In this document: in pieces, positions 37,865-47,343 of the stretch
Layout: each line of letters opens with the position of its first letter
How positions within the stretch are numbered: the first letter of the stretch is position 1
Assembly: GCA_964418255.1 (NCBI GenBank)
Contig: CAYQKV010000005.1
Span: 16,956-80,955 of the forward strand
Direction of reading: 5' to 3'
Origin: an uncultured Christensenella sp.
GTDB lineage: Bacteria; Bacillota; Clostridia; Christensenellales; DTU072
Length of the DNA: 64,000 nt
Notes under the pieces: generated by a model
The model's database searches: none
What the model saw: only the letters and a program-made list of their open reading frames with translations
What the model was told of the DNA's origin: nothing
Translations under genes and position numbers: made by a program

Positions 37865-40800
37865 TTAATTCGCGCTTCCGATAACGGTGGAAAACATAAG
37901 CTGCCCGTTGTTTCCGCCATATCCCGCGCCGAATTTATGCGACGAGAAAATAAAGTAATCGTTGCTTGTCTCCGTCGCTCTGTAATATGTCGCCGTCGAA
38001 GAGAATTCTTCGGACGCAGACGTAATTTTGTTACCTTGATAAACGTAATAATCGGCATATTCAGTTTCCCATCTTCCGTTGGAATTTGCATTTGCGGCGG
38101 AAGAAGTCGCTTCTTCGTAATAAACGTAACTTTCCGCATAAATTACCGCGTTCAGTCTGCAACTTCCTTTTACCGTTCCTTTTTCAAACGCTCCCGTCGT
38201 TTCGTCGGTAAACCCGTTCGAGCCTATTACGCTTCCTATGGTGTTAATCTCTCCGCCGAACGGCTTGCCTTCCAACATCACCGAGAAATTATGAATTTCC
38301 AAAGAAAATTCCGCAGTACCGTAATTTACGCCCGCTCCGCAACCGACGTATAACTCTCCGATTACGGAAGATACGTTAATCGACAAAGCGTTTACCGAGC
38401 ATACCGCACCGTTTACCGTTCCTCCGCCGAACCCGAAAATTCCGCCTACATACGCGCTTCCGCTTATCGCTCCGAAAGAAATCTGTGCCGTGACGTTGAC
38501 TTTCACGTTTTCGATTATTCCGTTATTTCTTCCACATACGCTTCCGATATATGCTTTTCCCGCAAAGTCTCCCGTAAAACCGAGTTCGATAACTGCGTTT
38601 ACAACGGTATTTTTGATTGTTCCGCCGTTTACTTCGAAAATTCCCGAATAAACTTCCTGCGCGTACGGTACGTTCTGCCTAACGGTAACGGTATGATTAT
38701 TTCCGTTAAATACGCCTTTATATTCGCCTTTAATGGGTTCGATTAATTCGACGTCGGCTAAAAGAACGACAGAAACTCCGCTGTTTTCGTTTATTGCGTC
38801 GACAAGTTGTTCCTTTGTTTCGATAAATTCCGGCCACACGGCGTACAGAACCGCGTTTTCGTATTTATCCCATTGCGTAAGTGCATTTCCATCAGCGTCC
38901 GCATAGTTCTTTCCTTCAAAATCAGCCCAACCTGCAAAGAATTGAATTTTTTCGTCATATTTGTCGCGTAATTCTACGGGAACTTCGCTTATATTCAACG
39001 GGAACTTGTAATCTCCGCTTCCGTACACGGCGTTCATTTGAGCATATAAGTCTCCGTCTCCGAGCATAAGCGAAACCTGTATGGTTTTCGGTTTCCATAC
39101 GGGATAGAACGTAACCGTATCGGCAAAAGAAATTTTCCATTCCGTGCAGCTTGCTCCGCTGGCGTAAGTCATTTTCACAGACGTACCGTCCGCGGCTTGC
39201 ATTCGCCACTCTACGAATTCATAACCGTTTTTTCTCGGTACGGAAAGCGTATAATTTTCTCCGTAAAAGACGGTTTTTCCCGTTCCGTCTACGATAACCG
39301 AACTGTCCGAAGAGTCATAAACGATGTGATATTCCTTTTTATTTCTTTCGGGCGTAAGCACGGCTTGTCCGTTATTAAGCACCGCGCTCCACGTTCCTTT
39401 AATAGCTATCTTAGTCTCATTGTCGATAACCCAACCCGAAAAAACGTACGCCGCGGCGTCCTCGTCGATAACGGAAAAATCGTAGTCCGACCCAAATTCC
39501 ACGCTTGCGCCGTAATAAGAGTAATCATCGTCTTTATAAAGATACTCCGCGTTGAAATCCAAAGTTACTTTTTCGGGCACGGCAAACACAAGTTCGTACT
39601 CGTCCGCTATCCACTCGCATTCGAAAACGGCATTGTATGTAATGACGTATCCGTCGATAAGATTTACGTAACTGCCGTCTCCCGAATAGTTTGTCCACAT
39701 CCCTACCGAATAACCGTCTTTCTTGCCGTTTACCGCAATCAATGCGTCTCCGTCCACCGTTCCGTACTGCACCGAAGCCGTTCTTCTTACGTTATCGTTA
39801 TCAATATAAGAAAGTACGATAAACGGCTCGCCGAAAATGAGGTCTGCCGAAGCAATCGACTGATTGCCGTTTTCGTCGATATAATCGAAAGTATCTATTA
39901 TTCCCTGCCACTTATCGAAATACGAACCGTCGCTCGTCGGGTCGCACTCGACGGTGATTTTCAAACCGTTATTGAAATTATCTCCGAGACTGCCTTCATA
40001 AATTGTCGGAACGTCGTCGATTTCCTCTCCGTTAATAACGAGCTCCGCCAAAGAGAACGCTCCTCCGAGCGCGTTCCGTTCGAATTCCGAAACCCCGTTT
40101 ACCGTAAGTTTTTTAAGGTTGTACCCGTAAAACGCGTACTTCTCCACAATTTTGTCCGTATACGTTATTCCGTCGATAACCACGACTTCAGGAATGACGT
40201 GTTCGGTATAAGAAGAAGTCCTTTCCGCCCCGTTTATACTCAGAATTCCATTAGCCACAGAATACAGTATTCCGTTGAGCATATAAAATTCGCACGGCGC
40301 GTCGTTGGTTTTCATCTCGGAATACAGTTCGTTATCCCGTCCGAAAAACGTAAGTATGGTTTCTTCGCTCAGTTCTCTTTCGAAAACGAACTTAGTCGCG
40401 CCGGTTTTTGAAAACACGCTTCTGTACGACGAATCGTGCAAACTCGTCTTCGCGAGAAATTTTACGTATACCAAAGACGGAAGATTTAATGCGTTGACGT
40501 TAGTCGCTTCCACGCATTCTTCCAGTTCGAGCGCGCCTATATCGGCATAACAAAGAGAATATTCGCCGAGGGAAACGACCGTTATTTCCGTATTCCCATC
40601 GGGTTTGGAAGGGTTGAATACTCCCGCGGTTTTTCCCGAGGGATAAAGGAACAACGAATGTTTTCCCTCTCCCTCTTTTCTATACAGAATACCTGCGTAA
40701 GAAACGTATTCTTCGTTCTCCGCCACGTTGATTTCCTGCAACGCGTAACAGTTGAAAAAAGCGCGTGTGCTTATTTCGGTTAGCGTCGTCATTCCGAAAT

Positions 40801-43003
40801 TAACGCGTTCGAGGTAAACGTTTCCCGCAAACGCATAATCGTCGACAACCGACAAACTTCCGCCCTGTCCCTGCGCGGCATTTTGCGTTTCAATTCCTTT
40901 AATTGCGGTGTTTCTGAACGCGTAAGCCGCTATTTTTTTCAGCGCGGGTTTAATCAGCAAAGCGTTTCCGGTAGCACCCGCGGCAAAAGATTTGAAATTT
41001 ATGCAACCGTCAAACGCATAAGCGTCCACTCTTTCGAGAGCGACGTTGTCGGTTATATCCACCGCTTCTATATTCGTATTTCCCGCAAACGCACCTTCGG
41101 CAATTCTTTTTATACTACCGTCAATAACGAAAACGTAATCCGTTCCGAGATATTTATACAGAGTATTATTGAATATCACCGCGTGGTTTTCGAGGTTTTC
41201 CGCCCACGGAGTATCGTCAAAAGCGTGGTCGCATACCCTTTCCAACCCGGACGGTAAAACGACGGTTTTCAGAGAAAAACAGTTACGGAACGCATATGCC
41301 CCTATGGAAGAAACAATAAATTCGTTGTTTCGTCCTTCGAGCATATATGGTACGGTAATTTCCGTAGCCGTCCTCGATATTCCTATAATTTCGGCTGTTC
41401 TCGACTTGACGTCGAAAAATTCTCCCACGATAAGCCTGAACAATACGGTAACGCCGTTTTCCGTCTCCGCAGTGTAAACGCTGTCGAGCATAGTGGCGTC
41501 GGTAATGATTTTACTCCTTTCGGAAGTAAATAAGGAAGCATATGCGTTTTCTTCGGACTCGTCGACAAGTATCGCGGTCAGATAATCGTTAAATACTTCT
41601 TCTCCTATGCCGATTATTTTCTCGCGTTTAAGAGCGGAAAAATCCACATAATCGATATGAACGCTGTCGAATGCGTAATTTCCTATTTTCGATACGTCGG
41701 ACGGCATCGCCACTCCGCCGAGCACCGCGTTATAAAAAGCGTAATCGCATATGGACGTGACCGTCGATTCTATACTGTACTCTGCTTCGACTCTTCCCGC
41801 GGGGTATGCGACAAGCACCGATTTGTCGTTCATATACAACGCGCCCTTTTCCGCCGAAAAGTTTCTCGACGACGCGTCGACGTAGAACGACTGCAAAGAC
41901 GAACAGTTTCTGAACGAACCCTCTTCTATCTCTATAACGGTAGACGGAATGGTTATTCTCGTCAGTTTCGCCGCGTTTTCGTCGATAAACGCGTCTTTCG
42001 AAATGGCAATAACGTCCTGTCCGTCGCTTGTGGACGGAATTTCGAGCTCGGTAAGATTTCCCGTGTAAGAAACTATCTGTTTACCGTCCACGCGTTTGCC
42101 GGCATATTGCAATGAAACCGTTGTGTAAGTAAATCCGGTCGGCGTCCATACAGCATAAAACGTAACGTCTTTTTCTATCGTATAAGGAAATTCGACAAAG
42201 CCTTCTTCCACATTACCCGATAACGCCTCTTCGCGCGTAATTTCTTCGGTCGTCCAGCCCATAAAGACGTATCCGTCCATAGACATTTCGGAAGCGATTT
42301 CCGACGCGCTGTATATGGTTTTTGCCTGTATCTGCGCGATACTTACGTTTGGATTATACGTTACGAACGTGGCGGAATACAGAAAATCTTCGGCAAAGGC
42401 GACGTATTCGTAATTCGCGTTCATAACTACGGAAGTTCTGCGTTGATTGTCTATGACTTTCCCTTCGGATTTCCAGTGACCGAATACTTTTCCTTCTTCT
42501 TCCGTCCAATCGATTACGACGACCGTTCCCCTGTCGTACTTTGCCTCGAAAACGTCTTCCGTCACGGGAAAACTCACTTCAACTCCGTCCACGCTTACGG
42601 GCGCACCTCCGTGTACAGTCAACGTGTACTGCACGTCCGACGGGTCAAGCAACACTATTGAGAAACTGCATTTGCAATTTTCATATACGACGTCGATAAT
42701 ATGCGTTCCGGGCTCTCCGAGTACGCTCATACTGCGCACGCTTATGTATTCGCTTGCGAGAGCTACGTTTTCCGTATCCCCGTTGTCGTACGTTACGTTA
42801 AGCATAATAACGGACAAACGCACTTCTCCCGCATATACGTTGCGAGGTACGGTGTTTTTGTCTACGGAAACCGCTATCGCTTTTCTCTCGGGTTCATCCG
42901 CGTCGTCTCCGCCGTCGTCGGAAGACGGAAGGCACGCAGAAAACGCCAGACAAAGCAATAATATTATCGTAAAAAGAGCCGTTAAACCGAATTTTCTTTT
43001 CAT
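37865..43003 (-). CDS. Giant surface lipoprotein with an Ig-like domain, Listeria-Bacteroides (Flg_new-like) repeats, BspA-type leucine-rich repeats and a C-terminal GLUG-like glycine-rich module (1712 aa)
   Basis: The signal peptide has a lipobox (LCLAFSAC). LRR_5-type units are present (IPSTVIEIEEGSFRNCSSL...). Repeats of the form GY.F.GW...W occur throughout. The tail contains YVGGIFGFGGG. The ATG at 43003 has a GGGAG SD. Confidence 0.8.
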   Translation of the reverse strand: MKRKFGLTALFTIILLLCLAFSACLPSSDDGGDDADEPERKAIAVSVDKNTVPRNVYAGEVRLSVIMLNVTYDNGDTENVALASEYISVRSMSVLGEPGTHIIDVVYENCKCSFSIVLLDPSDVQYTLTVHGGAPVSVDGVEVSFPVTEDVFEAKYDRGTVVVIDWTEEEGKVFGHWKSEGKVIDNQRRTSVVMNANYEYVAFAEDFLYSATFVTYNPNVSIAQIQAKTIYSASEIASEMSMDGYVFMGWTTEEITREEALSGNVEEGFVEFPYTIEKDVTFYAVWTPTGFTYTTVSLQYAGKRVDGKQIVSYTGNLTELEIPSTSDGQDVIAISKDAFIDENAAKLTRITIPSTVIEIEEGSFRNCSSLQSFYVDASSRNFSAEKGALYMNDKSVLVAYPAGRVEAEYSIESTVTSICDYAFYNAVLGGVAMPSDVSKIGNYAFDSVHIDYVDFSALKREKIIGIGEEVFNDYLTAILVDESEENAYASLFTSERSKIITDATMLDSVYTAETENGVTVLFRLIVGEFFDVKSRTAEIIGISRTATEITVPYMLEGRNNEFIVSSIGAYAFRNCFSLKTVVLPSGLERVCDHAFDDTPWAENLENHAVIFNNTLYKYLGTDYVFVIDGSIKRIAEGAFAGNTNIEAVDITDNVALERVDAYAFDGCINFKSFAAGATGNALLIKPALKKIAAYAFRNTAIKGIETQNAAQGQGGSLSVVDDYAFAGNVYLERVNFGMTTLTEISTRAFFNCYALQEINVAENEEYVSYAGILYRKEGEGKHSLFLYPSGKTAGVFNPSKPDGNTEITVVSLGEYSLCYADIGALELEECVEATNVNALNLPSLVYVKFLAKTSLHDSSYRSVFSKTGATKFVFERELSEETILTFFGRDNELYSEMKTNDAPCEFYMLNGILYSVANGILSINGAERTSSYTEHVIPEVVVIDGITYTDKIVEKYAFYGYNLKKLTVNGVSEFERNALGGAFSLAELVINGEEIDDVPTIYEGSLGDNFNNGLKITVECDPTSDGSYFDKWQGIIDTFDYIDENGNQSIASADLIFGEPFIVLSYIDNDNVRRTASVQYGTVDGDALIAVNGKKDGYSVGMWTNYSGDGSYVNLIDGYVITYNAVFECEWIADEYELVFAVPEKVTLDFNAEYLYKDDDYSYYGASVEFGSDYDFSVIDEDAAAYVFSGWVIDNETKIAIKGTWSAVLNNGQAVLTPERNKKEYHIVYDSSDSSVIVDGTGKTVFYGENYTLSVPRKNGYEFVEWRMQAADGTSVKMTYASGASCTEWKISFADTVTFYPVWKPKTIQVSLMLGDGDLYAQMNAVYGSGDYKFPLNISEVPVELRDKYDEKIQFFAGWADFEGKNYADADGNALTQWDKYENAVLYAVWPEFIETKEQLVDAINENSGVSVVLLADVELIEPIKGEYKGVFNGNNHTVTVRQNVPYAQEVYSGIFEVNGGTIKNTVVNAVIELGFTGDFAGKAYIGSVCGRNNGIIENVKVNVTAQISFGAISGSAYVGGIFGFGGGTVNGAVCSVNALSINVSSVIGELYVGCGAGVNYGTAEFSLEIHNFSVMLEGKPFGGEINTIGSVIGSNGFTDETTGAFEKGTVKGSCRLNAVIYAESYVYYEEATSSAANANSNGRWETEYADYYVYQGNKITSASEEFSSTATYYRATETSNDYFIFSSHKFGAGYGGNNGQLMFSTVIGSAN

Positions 43004-43008
43004 AATCG

Positions 43009-46000
43009 TTACTCCCATTTAGCATACGCCGTATACTCGTTTTTCGCGGTCTCCGACCACGCCGAAAGTCCTTTCCCCGTTTCGTCGGTAACAAGCGCGC
43101 CGTCTTCCGACAACGCCCAACCGAGGAATGTTTTACCGCCTGCGGATACGGGCGCGCCGAAATCAAACTCCGCGCCGTTGAAAACGTATTCCGTATCAGG
43201 TTCGAAATCTCCTACGTCTTCGCCGTCGAAATCAAAATTTATTTTATATCCGAAATCCGCCCAGAGCTCGATTTCTCCGTCGCATACGGAAGTCCATATC
43301 CCGCTCGGCAAAATTCTTTCCCCGCTCTCCGTTCTCCAAAAAACGTTTTTCCCGTCGGAATTAACCGTAGGCGCAAACGAATACTCCGCGTCGAAAATTA
43401 CTTCCGCGCGGTATTTTTTAAGTCCCGACGCGTCTTGAGAAATTTCTTCGAAATCGAATCCCAAAGACGGCGAAGCATAGAGATAAACCGTGTAAGTTTG
43501 CGGCTCGAATTTGCAAGTCAAAACCTGATTGTAAGGAATTACGTAATCCGCATCCGCCGAAATCGCGCGTCCGTTTTCGTCTTCCCACGCCGCTATGTCA
43601 TATCCTTTTTTCGTTATGGATTCCTGCAACTCGGATACTTCGTCCGTACTGATAGTCCCGTACAGCACGTCTATTGTTTGCGTTCCGTCTTCGTTTTCGT
43701 AGACGATAACGGCGAACGCTCCTCTTTCGTCTTTTATAAGATATTTGGACGCAAAATACTCCGCGCCGTCCGATGAAACATAAGTGAAGAATTCAAGTTC
43801 CCACCCTTCCGCGGCTTTATACAAGTCGGTTCCGTTTATGTAATCGCGTATAAACAGCCCGTTCCCGAACAGATTGCCGAAAGCGTTTTCTCCGACGACG
43901 GAAATAAAATCGCTATTGAGGTCAAGCGTCGTCAAACCGTAAGCCATACAAAAAGCGTCTGCTTCGATTTCCTCGATTTTTTTCAGATATACGGTTTTTA
44001 TTTTCGCTCCGAAAAACGCGTAAGAATTTATAATCTTTTTCTCGGTAATTATCGTTCCGTCTTTTCTCGCTACACTCTCCGGTACGGAAATTTCCGAAAC
44101 GGACCTCGACGTTCTCGCTATCGCCGTTTTCACCGTGCCCGTCGCGGCTCCGTTATAAGAATACAATACGGTTTTATCGTACGCATCCGTCGTTTCGTCG
44201 TACGCATAGAAAAACTCTACGGGGACTTCGTTTTTGTCTTTTGCGCCCATCAGAGCGTCGTTATTTCCGTAAAATTTCTTTTTGTTTCCGAGGGAAACCG
44301 CCGCGTCCGACATTACTACGTATTTGGGTTCGTATTCTTGGAAAATACGACTGTAATCGGAAACCGGAGTCGTTTCGAACGCTATGTAAACAAGCCCCGG
44401 AATATTTATCGCTCGTTCTTCGATTTCTCTGACGTTGGCGGATACTTTAAGCGCGGCGATATTGCTGTAACAGAGCGAATATTCCCCGAACGCGGTCACA
44501 GAGAGGTTTACGTCGTAATAATAATTATCGTTTTCTTTATCGTAAAAAAGAACGGTTCTCGCTCCGCTTTCGTCAAAAACGTAATAATATTTCTGTCCGT
44601 TGGGAACGAACGTTCCTTCGACGAATTCTCCTTCGGTAGTTTCCGTCAGTCTGTTTCCGTCTCTGTCTGTAATAAATCCGTCCGAACCGCGGTTCAAACG
44701 ACTCTTGTCAAGCCCGTTCACGCTCATATAAAGCGTACGCGAAACTCCGTTAAACGCCACCGTACCGATTTCTTCCGACGTAAAATAGTTGTTTTCGTCG
44801 CGTTTAATCGCCGTCACGTAGTTTCTTACCGAAGTCGGGTCGAATTCCGCGTCCAAACGTCCTGCGGGATATATTCTCAAAACATAATCGGCGCCGTCGG
44901 CTTCGTATAATATACCGTCGTAAACTTTATATTTTGTATTCGCAGTCGCAAGAACGAATTTTTCCAGTGCATAGCACCCTACGAACGCGCTTGGCGCGAT
45001 ATTTCTCATCGCCGAAGAAAGCTGCGCGCTCGAAAGTTTGTCGCAAGAACCGAAAGCGTATTCTCCTATCGACTCCCACGCGCTCGCTGTTACGGCGCTT
45101 TCGGTCTGCAAGACAATTTTCTTTATTTCCGTGTTATAAAACGCGTAGGCTCCTATGTCTTTTACTGCGCTTTTCAGATAAAGAGTATCATTTTCCGCTT
45201 CCGACGAATAAATAAATCCTTTGAAAGAATCGCAGTTATAAAAGGCGTATGCCGCTATCGTCGTCAAAGAGGCGTTTTCGGTAATGTCTATGTATTTCAA
45301 ATCGGAATTCCCGCTAAATGCGCCTTCTGCGATTTTTTCGACGCCTCGTTCGATTTTAACGCGTTCCGCATTTCCGAGATACTTATAAAAAACATAATTC
45401 GCTACGATTGCGTCGTTTGCAAGCGTCTTTTTCCACGGCGTTCCGTCAAAAGCTCCGTCGCATATCCTTTCCAGTCTGCTACCTAATGGTATTCGGAAAG
45501 TCGTCAGATTATCGCAATCGGAAAAGGCGCCTTTCGCTATGGACGAAACGTAATAGTCTCCTATACGTATTTGAAGCGTATAGTTTTTTACGGCGCGGTC
45601 AACCGCGAGTATTTCCACGGTTTCGCCGCTGTTTTCGAAATTCTCGTTTTTAATAACGCGATAAACCGTTTTCGAAATATTTCCGTCGGATTCGATAGTC
45701 TCAAATATCCCGACTTCCGTCGGTTCGTCTTCGTCCGTTATGATTTTATCCGATACTTTACCAAACTCGCTTTTCGTACAAAACGCTTCTTTCCTGACCG
45801 AATTCACCCGCACTGCGGACAGATTTTCGTGAAACAGTTCTTCTCCCGTAGTAAGATTAGCGGGATTGACGAAATAAAAATCGACATAGGATACATACTT
45901 GCCGTAAAAAGCGCGGTTCCCTATTTTTTTAATTCCCGAACCGAGGGTAATTCCTCCGACAGCCGCGCCGTAAAAAGCGTACGCGGAGACGGTTTCGGTC

Positions 46001-47199
46001 TCTTCCTCTACCGCATAAATTCCTTCCGTTCGACCCGACGGATAGCAAACCAACGTTCTTTTATCCGACGAATAAAGCACGCCGTCTACCGAGACAAAAT
46101 AATCGGAACCTCCCGCTACTTCGACACGTTCAAGGTGTTTACAGTCCGAAAAAGCTCCGTCCGCGATTATTTCGACAGAAGAAGGTATTATTAGCGAAAC
46201 AAGTTTTTTTCCGTTATCGGTAGCAAACGCGCCTTTCCGAATTTCGATAATCGGCTTGCCTTCGTATGTCTCGGGAATAACCAGGTCTGTTACGTTGCCG
46301 TTAAATCCGACGATTGCGTATCCGTCGTTCTTTTCGGTATAAGTAATACCTATCGAAGTCCATACTCCATACAAAACGGTGTCTCTCGTAACGGTATACG
46401 GAAACTTGATTAAATTTTTATCATATGCGCTATGCGCCTGTTCGCGACTTATTTCGTCAGTCGTCCAACCGATAAAAACATATCCGTCCATCGCTATTTC
46501 GTCGATGTCCGCTTCGTTCAGAACGTCCGTTATTTTCGACTTTACGTTCAATCCGTCAAACCCCGGCACAAAAGACACGGTATTGCTTACCGCGCTGGTA
46601 TATGCGTGATAACGCGCTTCTTCGGTAACCGTCACGTCGATTATGCTGTTTTCGGAAATTTTTATGTCGTTAAGCGTCCAGTAATCGAAAAATCTACCCG
46701 CAACGTCAACCCAATGCACGGTAAGGACGGTTCCTTCAAGGTATGAAGCGACAAAACTTTCCCCGTCGTCGGGTATCGACGGCGAGACGATTTCTTTTCC
46801 GTTTACCGCGGAAACGTATCCTCCGGTAATCGTGACTTTATAGTGGTTTTCCGAAGCCGTAACGAGATTGAGAGAAATTTTTGTCGTGTAACCGTTATAA
46901 ACAACTCTGATTTGCCTCATTCCCTCTTTGGAAAGCAACGCCTTATCCGCTTCGAAAATCATATCTTCGGTAAGAGCGACGGATTCTGTGGTATTGTTCG
47001 AATAAAAAATATTCAAAGTGATATCAGCATAGTTTATCTGACCGATAACAAAGTCTTTATCCGGCACGGAAGCGCTCAGCGATACGATTTTTTTCTCGCC
47101 GTTCCCGGTCGGTTCATCCTTGACGCACGCCCCGAGCACAACTGCCGTCACGACAAGCAACGCTATGATGCAAGCGAAAATCAGTCTATGTCTTTTCAT
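43009..47199 (-). CDS. Giant surface lipoprotein, paralog of the downstream gene, with an Ig-like domain, Flg_new-like repeats and BspA-type LRRs (1396 aa)
   Basis: The signal peptide has the lipobox VVLGAC. The N-terminal module order matches its neighbour. LRR_5-type units are present (IIPSSVEIIADGAFSDCKHL...). The C-terminus carries Flg_new-like repeats. Confidence 0.8.
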   Translation of the reverse strand: MKRHRLIFACIIALLVVTAVVLGACVKDEPTGNGEKKIVSLSASVPDKDFVIGQINYADITLNIFYSNNTTESVALTEDMIFEADKALLSKEGMRQIRVVYNGYTTKISLNLVTASENHYKVTITGGYVSAVNGKEIVSPSIPDDGESFVASYLEGTVLTVHWVDVAGRFFDYWTLNDIKISENSIIDVTVTEEARYHAYTSAVSNTVSFVPGFDGLNVKSKITDVLNEADIDEIAMDGYVFIGWTTDEISREQAHSAYDKNLIKFPYTVTRDTVLYGVWTSIGITYTEKNDGYAIVGFNGNVTDLVIPETYEGKPIIEIRKGAFATDNGKKLVSLIIPSSVEIIADGAFSDCKHLERVEVAGGSDYFVSVDGVLYSSDKRTLVCYPSGRTEGIYAVEEETETVSAYAFYGAAVGGITLGSGIKKIGNRAFYGKYVSYVDFYFVNPANLTTGEELFHENLSAVRVNSVRKEAFCTKSEFGKVSDKIITDEDEPTEVGIFETIESDGNISKTVYRVIKNENFENSGETVEILAVDRAVKNYTLQIRIGDYYVSSIAKGAFSDCDNLTTFRIPLGSRLERICDGAFDGTPWKKTLANDAIVANYVFYKYLGNAERVKIERGVEKIAEGAFSGNSDLKYIDITENASLTTIAAYAFYNCDSFKGFIYSSEAENDTLYLKSAVKDIGAYAFYNTEIKKIVLQTESAVTASAWESIGEYAFGSCDKLSSAQLSSAMRNIAPSAFVGCYALEKFVLATANTKYKVYDGILYEADGADYVLRIYPAGRLDAEFDPTSVRNYVTAIKRDENNYFTSEEIGTVAFNGVSRTLYMSVNGLDKSRLNRGSDGFITDRDGNRLTETTEGEFVEGTFVPNGQKYYYVFDESGARTVLFYDKENDNYYYDVNLSVTAFGEYSLCYSNIAALKVSANVREIEERAINIPGLVYIAFETTPVSDYSRIFQEYEPKYVVMSDAAVSLGNKKKFYGNNDALMGAKDKNEVPVEFFYAYDETTDAYDKTVLYSYNGAATGTVKTAIARTSRSVSEISVPESVARKDGTIITEKKIINSYAFFGAKIKTVYLKKIEEIEADAFCMAYGLTTLDLNSDFISVVGENAFGNLFGNGLFIRDYINGTDLYKAAEGWELEFFTYVSSDGAEYFASKYLIKDERGAFAVIVYENEDGTQTIDVLYGTISTDEVSELQESITKKGYDIAAWEDENGRAISADADYVIPYNQVLTCKFEPQTYTVYLYASPSLGFDFEEISQDASGLKKYRAEVIFDAEYSFAPTVNSDGKNVFWRTESGERILPSGIWTSVCDGEIELWADFGYKINFDFDGEDVGDFEPDTEYVFNGAEFDFGAPVSAGGKTFLGWALSEDGALVTDETGKGLSAWSETAKNEYTAYAKWE

Positions 47200-47240
47200 A
47201 CGGTCTCCAAATACGCGATAATTAAAATATAATATAATAT

Positions 47241-47270
47241 AACATAGGTTAAAATAAAAATCAAGGTCAA
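47241..47270 (-). promoter_or_regulatory. Weak candidate promoter for the giant-lipoprotein genes
   Basis: On the - strand, TTGACC, an 18-nt spacer, then TATGTT. A GGAGA SD lies before the ATG at 47199. Confidence 0.35.
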
Positions 47271-47343
47271 ATCGGCATTTTTAAGGGATTATAAATACAA
47301 AGACGACGTTACGGCACAAAAAAACAACCGCCGCCGAAAAATA

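Noticed and set aside
39197-40411. Long antisense ORFs, such as 39197-40411 (+), 52397-53611 (-), 7557-8417 (-), 2210-3001 (-) and 43435-46194 (+ set).
   Set aside because: They lie entirely opposite well-supported genes and have no SD. Their translations are R/F/K/V-rich low-complexity sequence, typical of the shadow frame of purine-rich coding strands.
47200-47343. An invertible promoter or a DGR-type diversification system for the giant surface-protein genes.
   Set aside because: I saw no flanking inverted repeats around the upstream region, no reverse transcriptase, and no template/variable repeat pair anywhere in the window.
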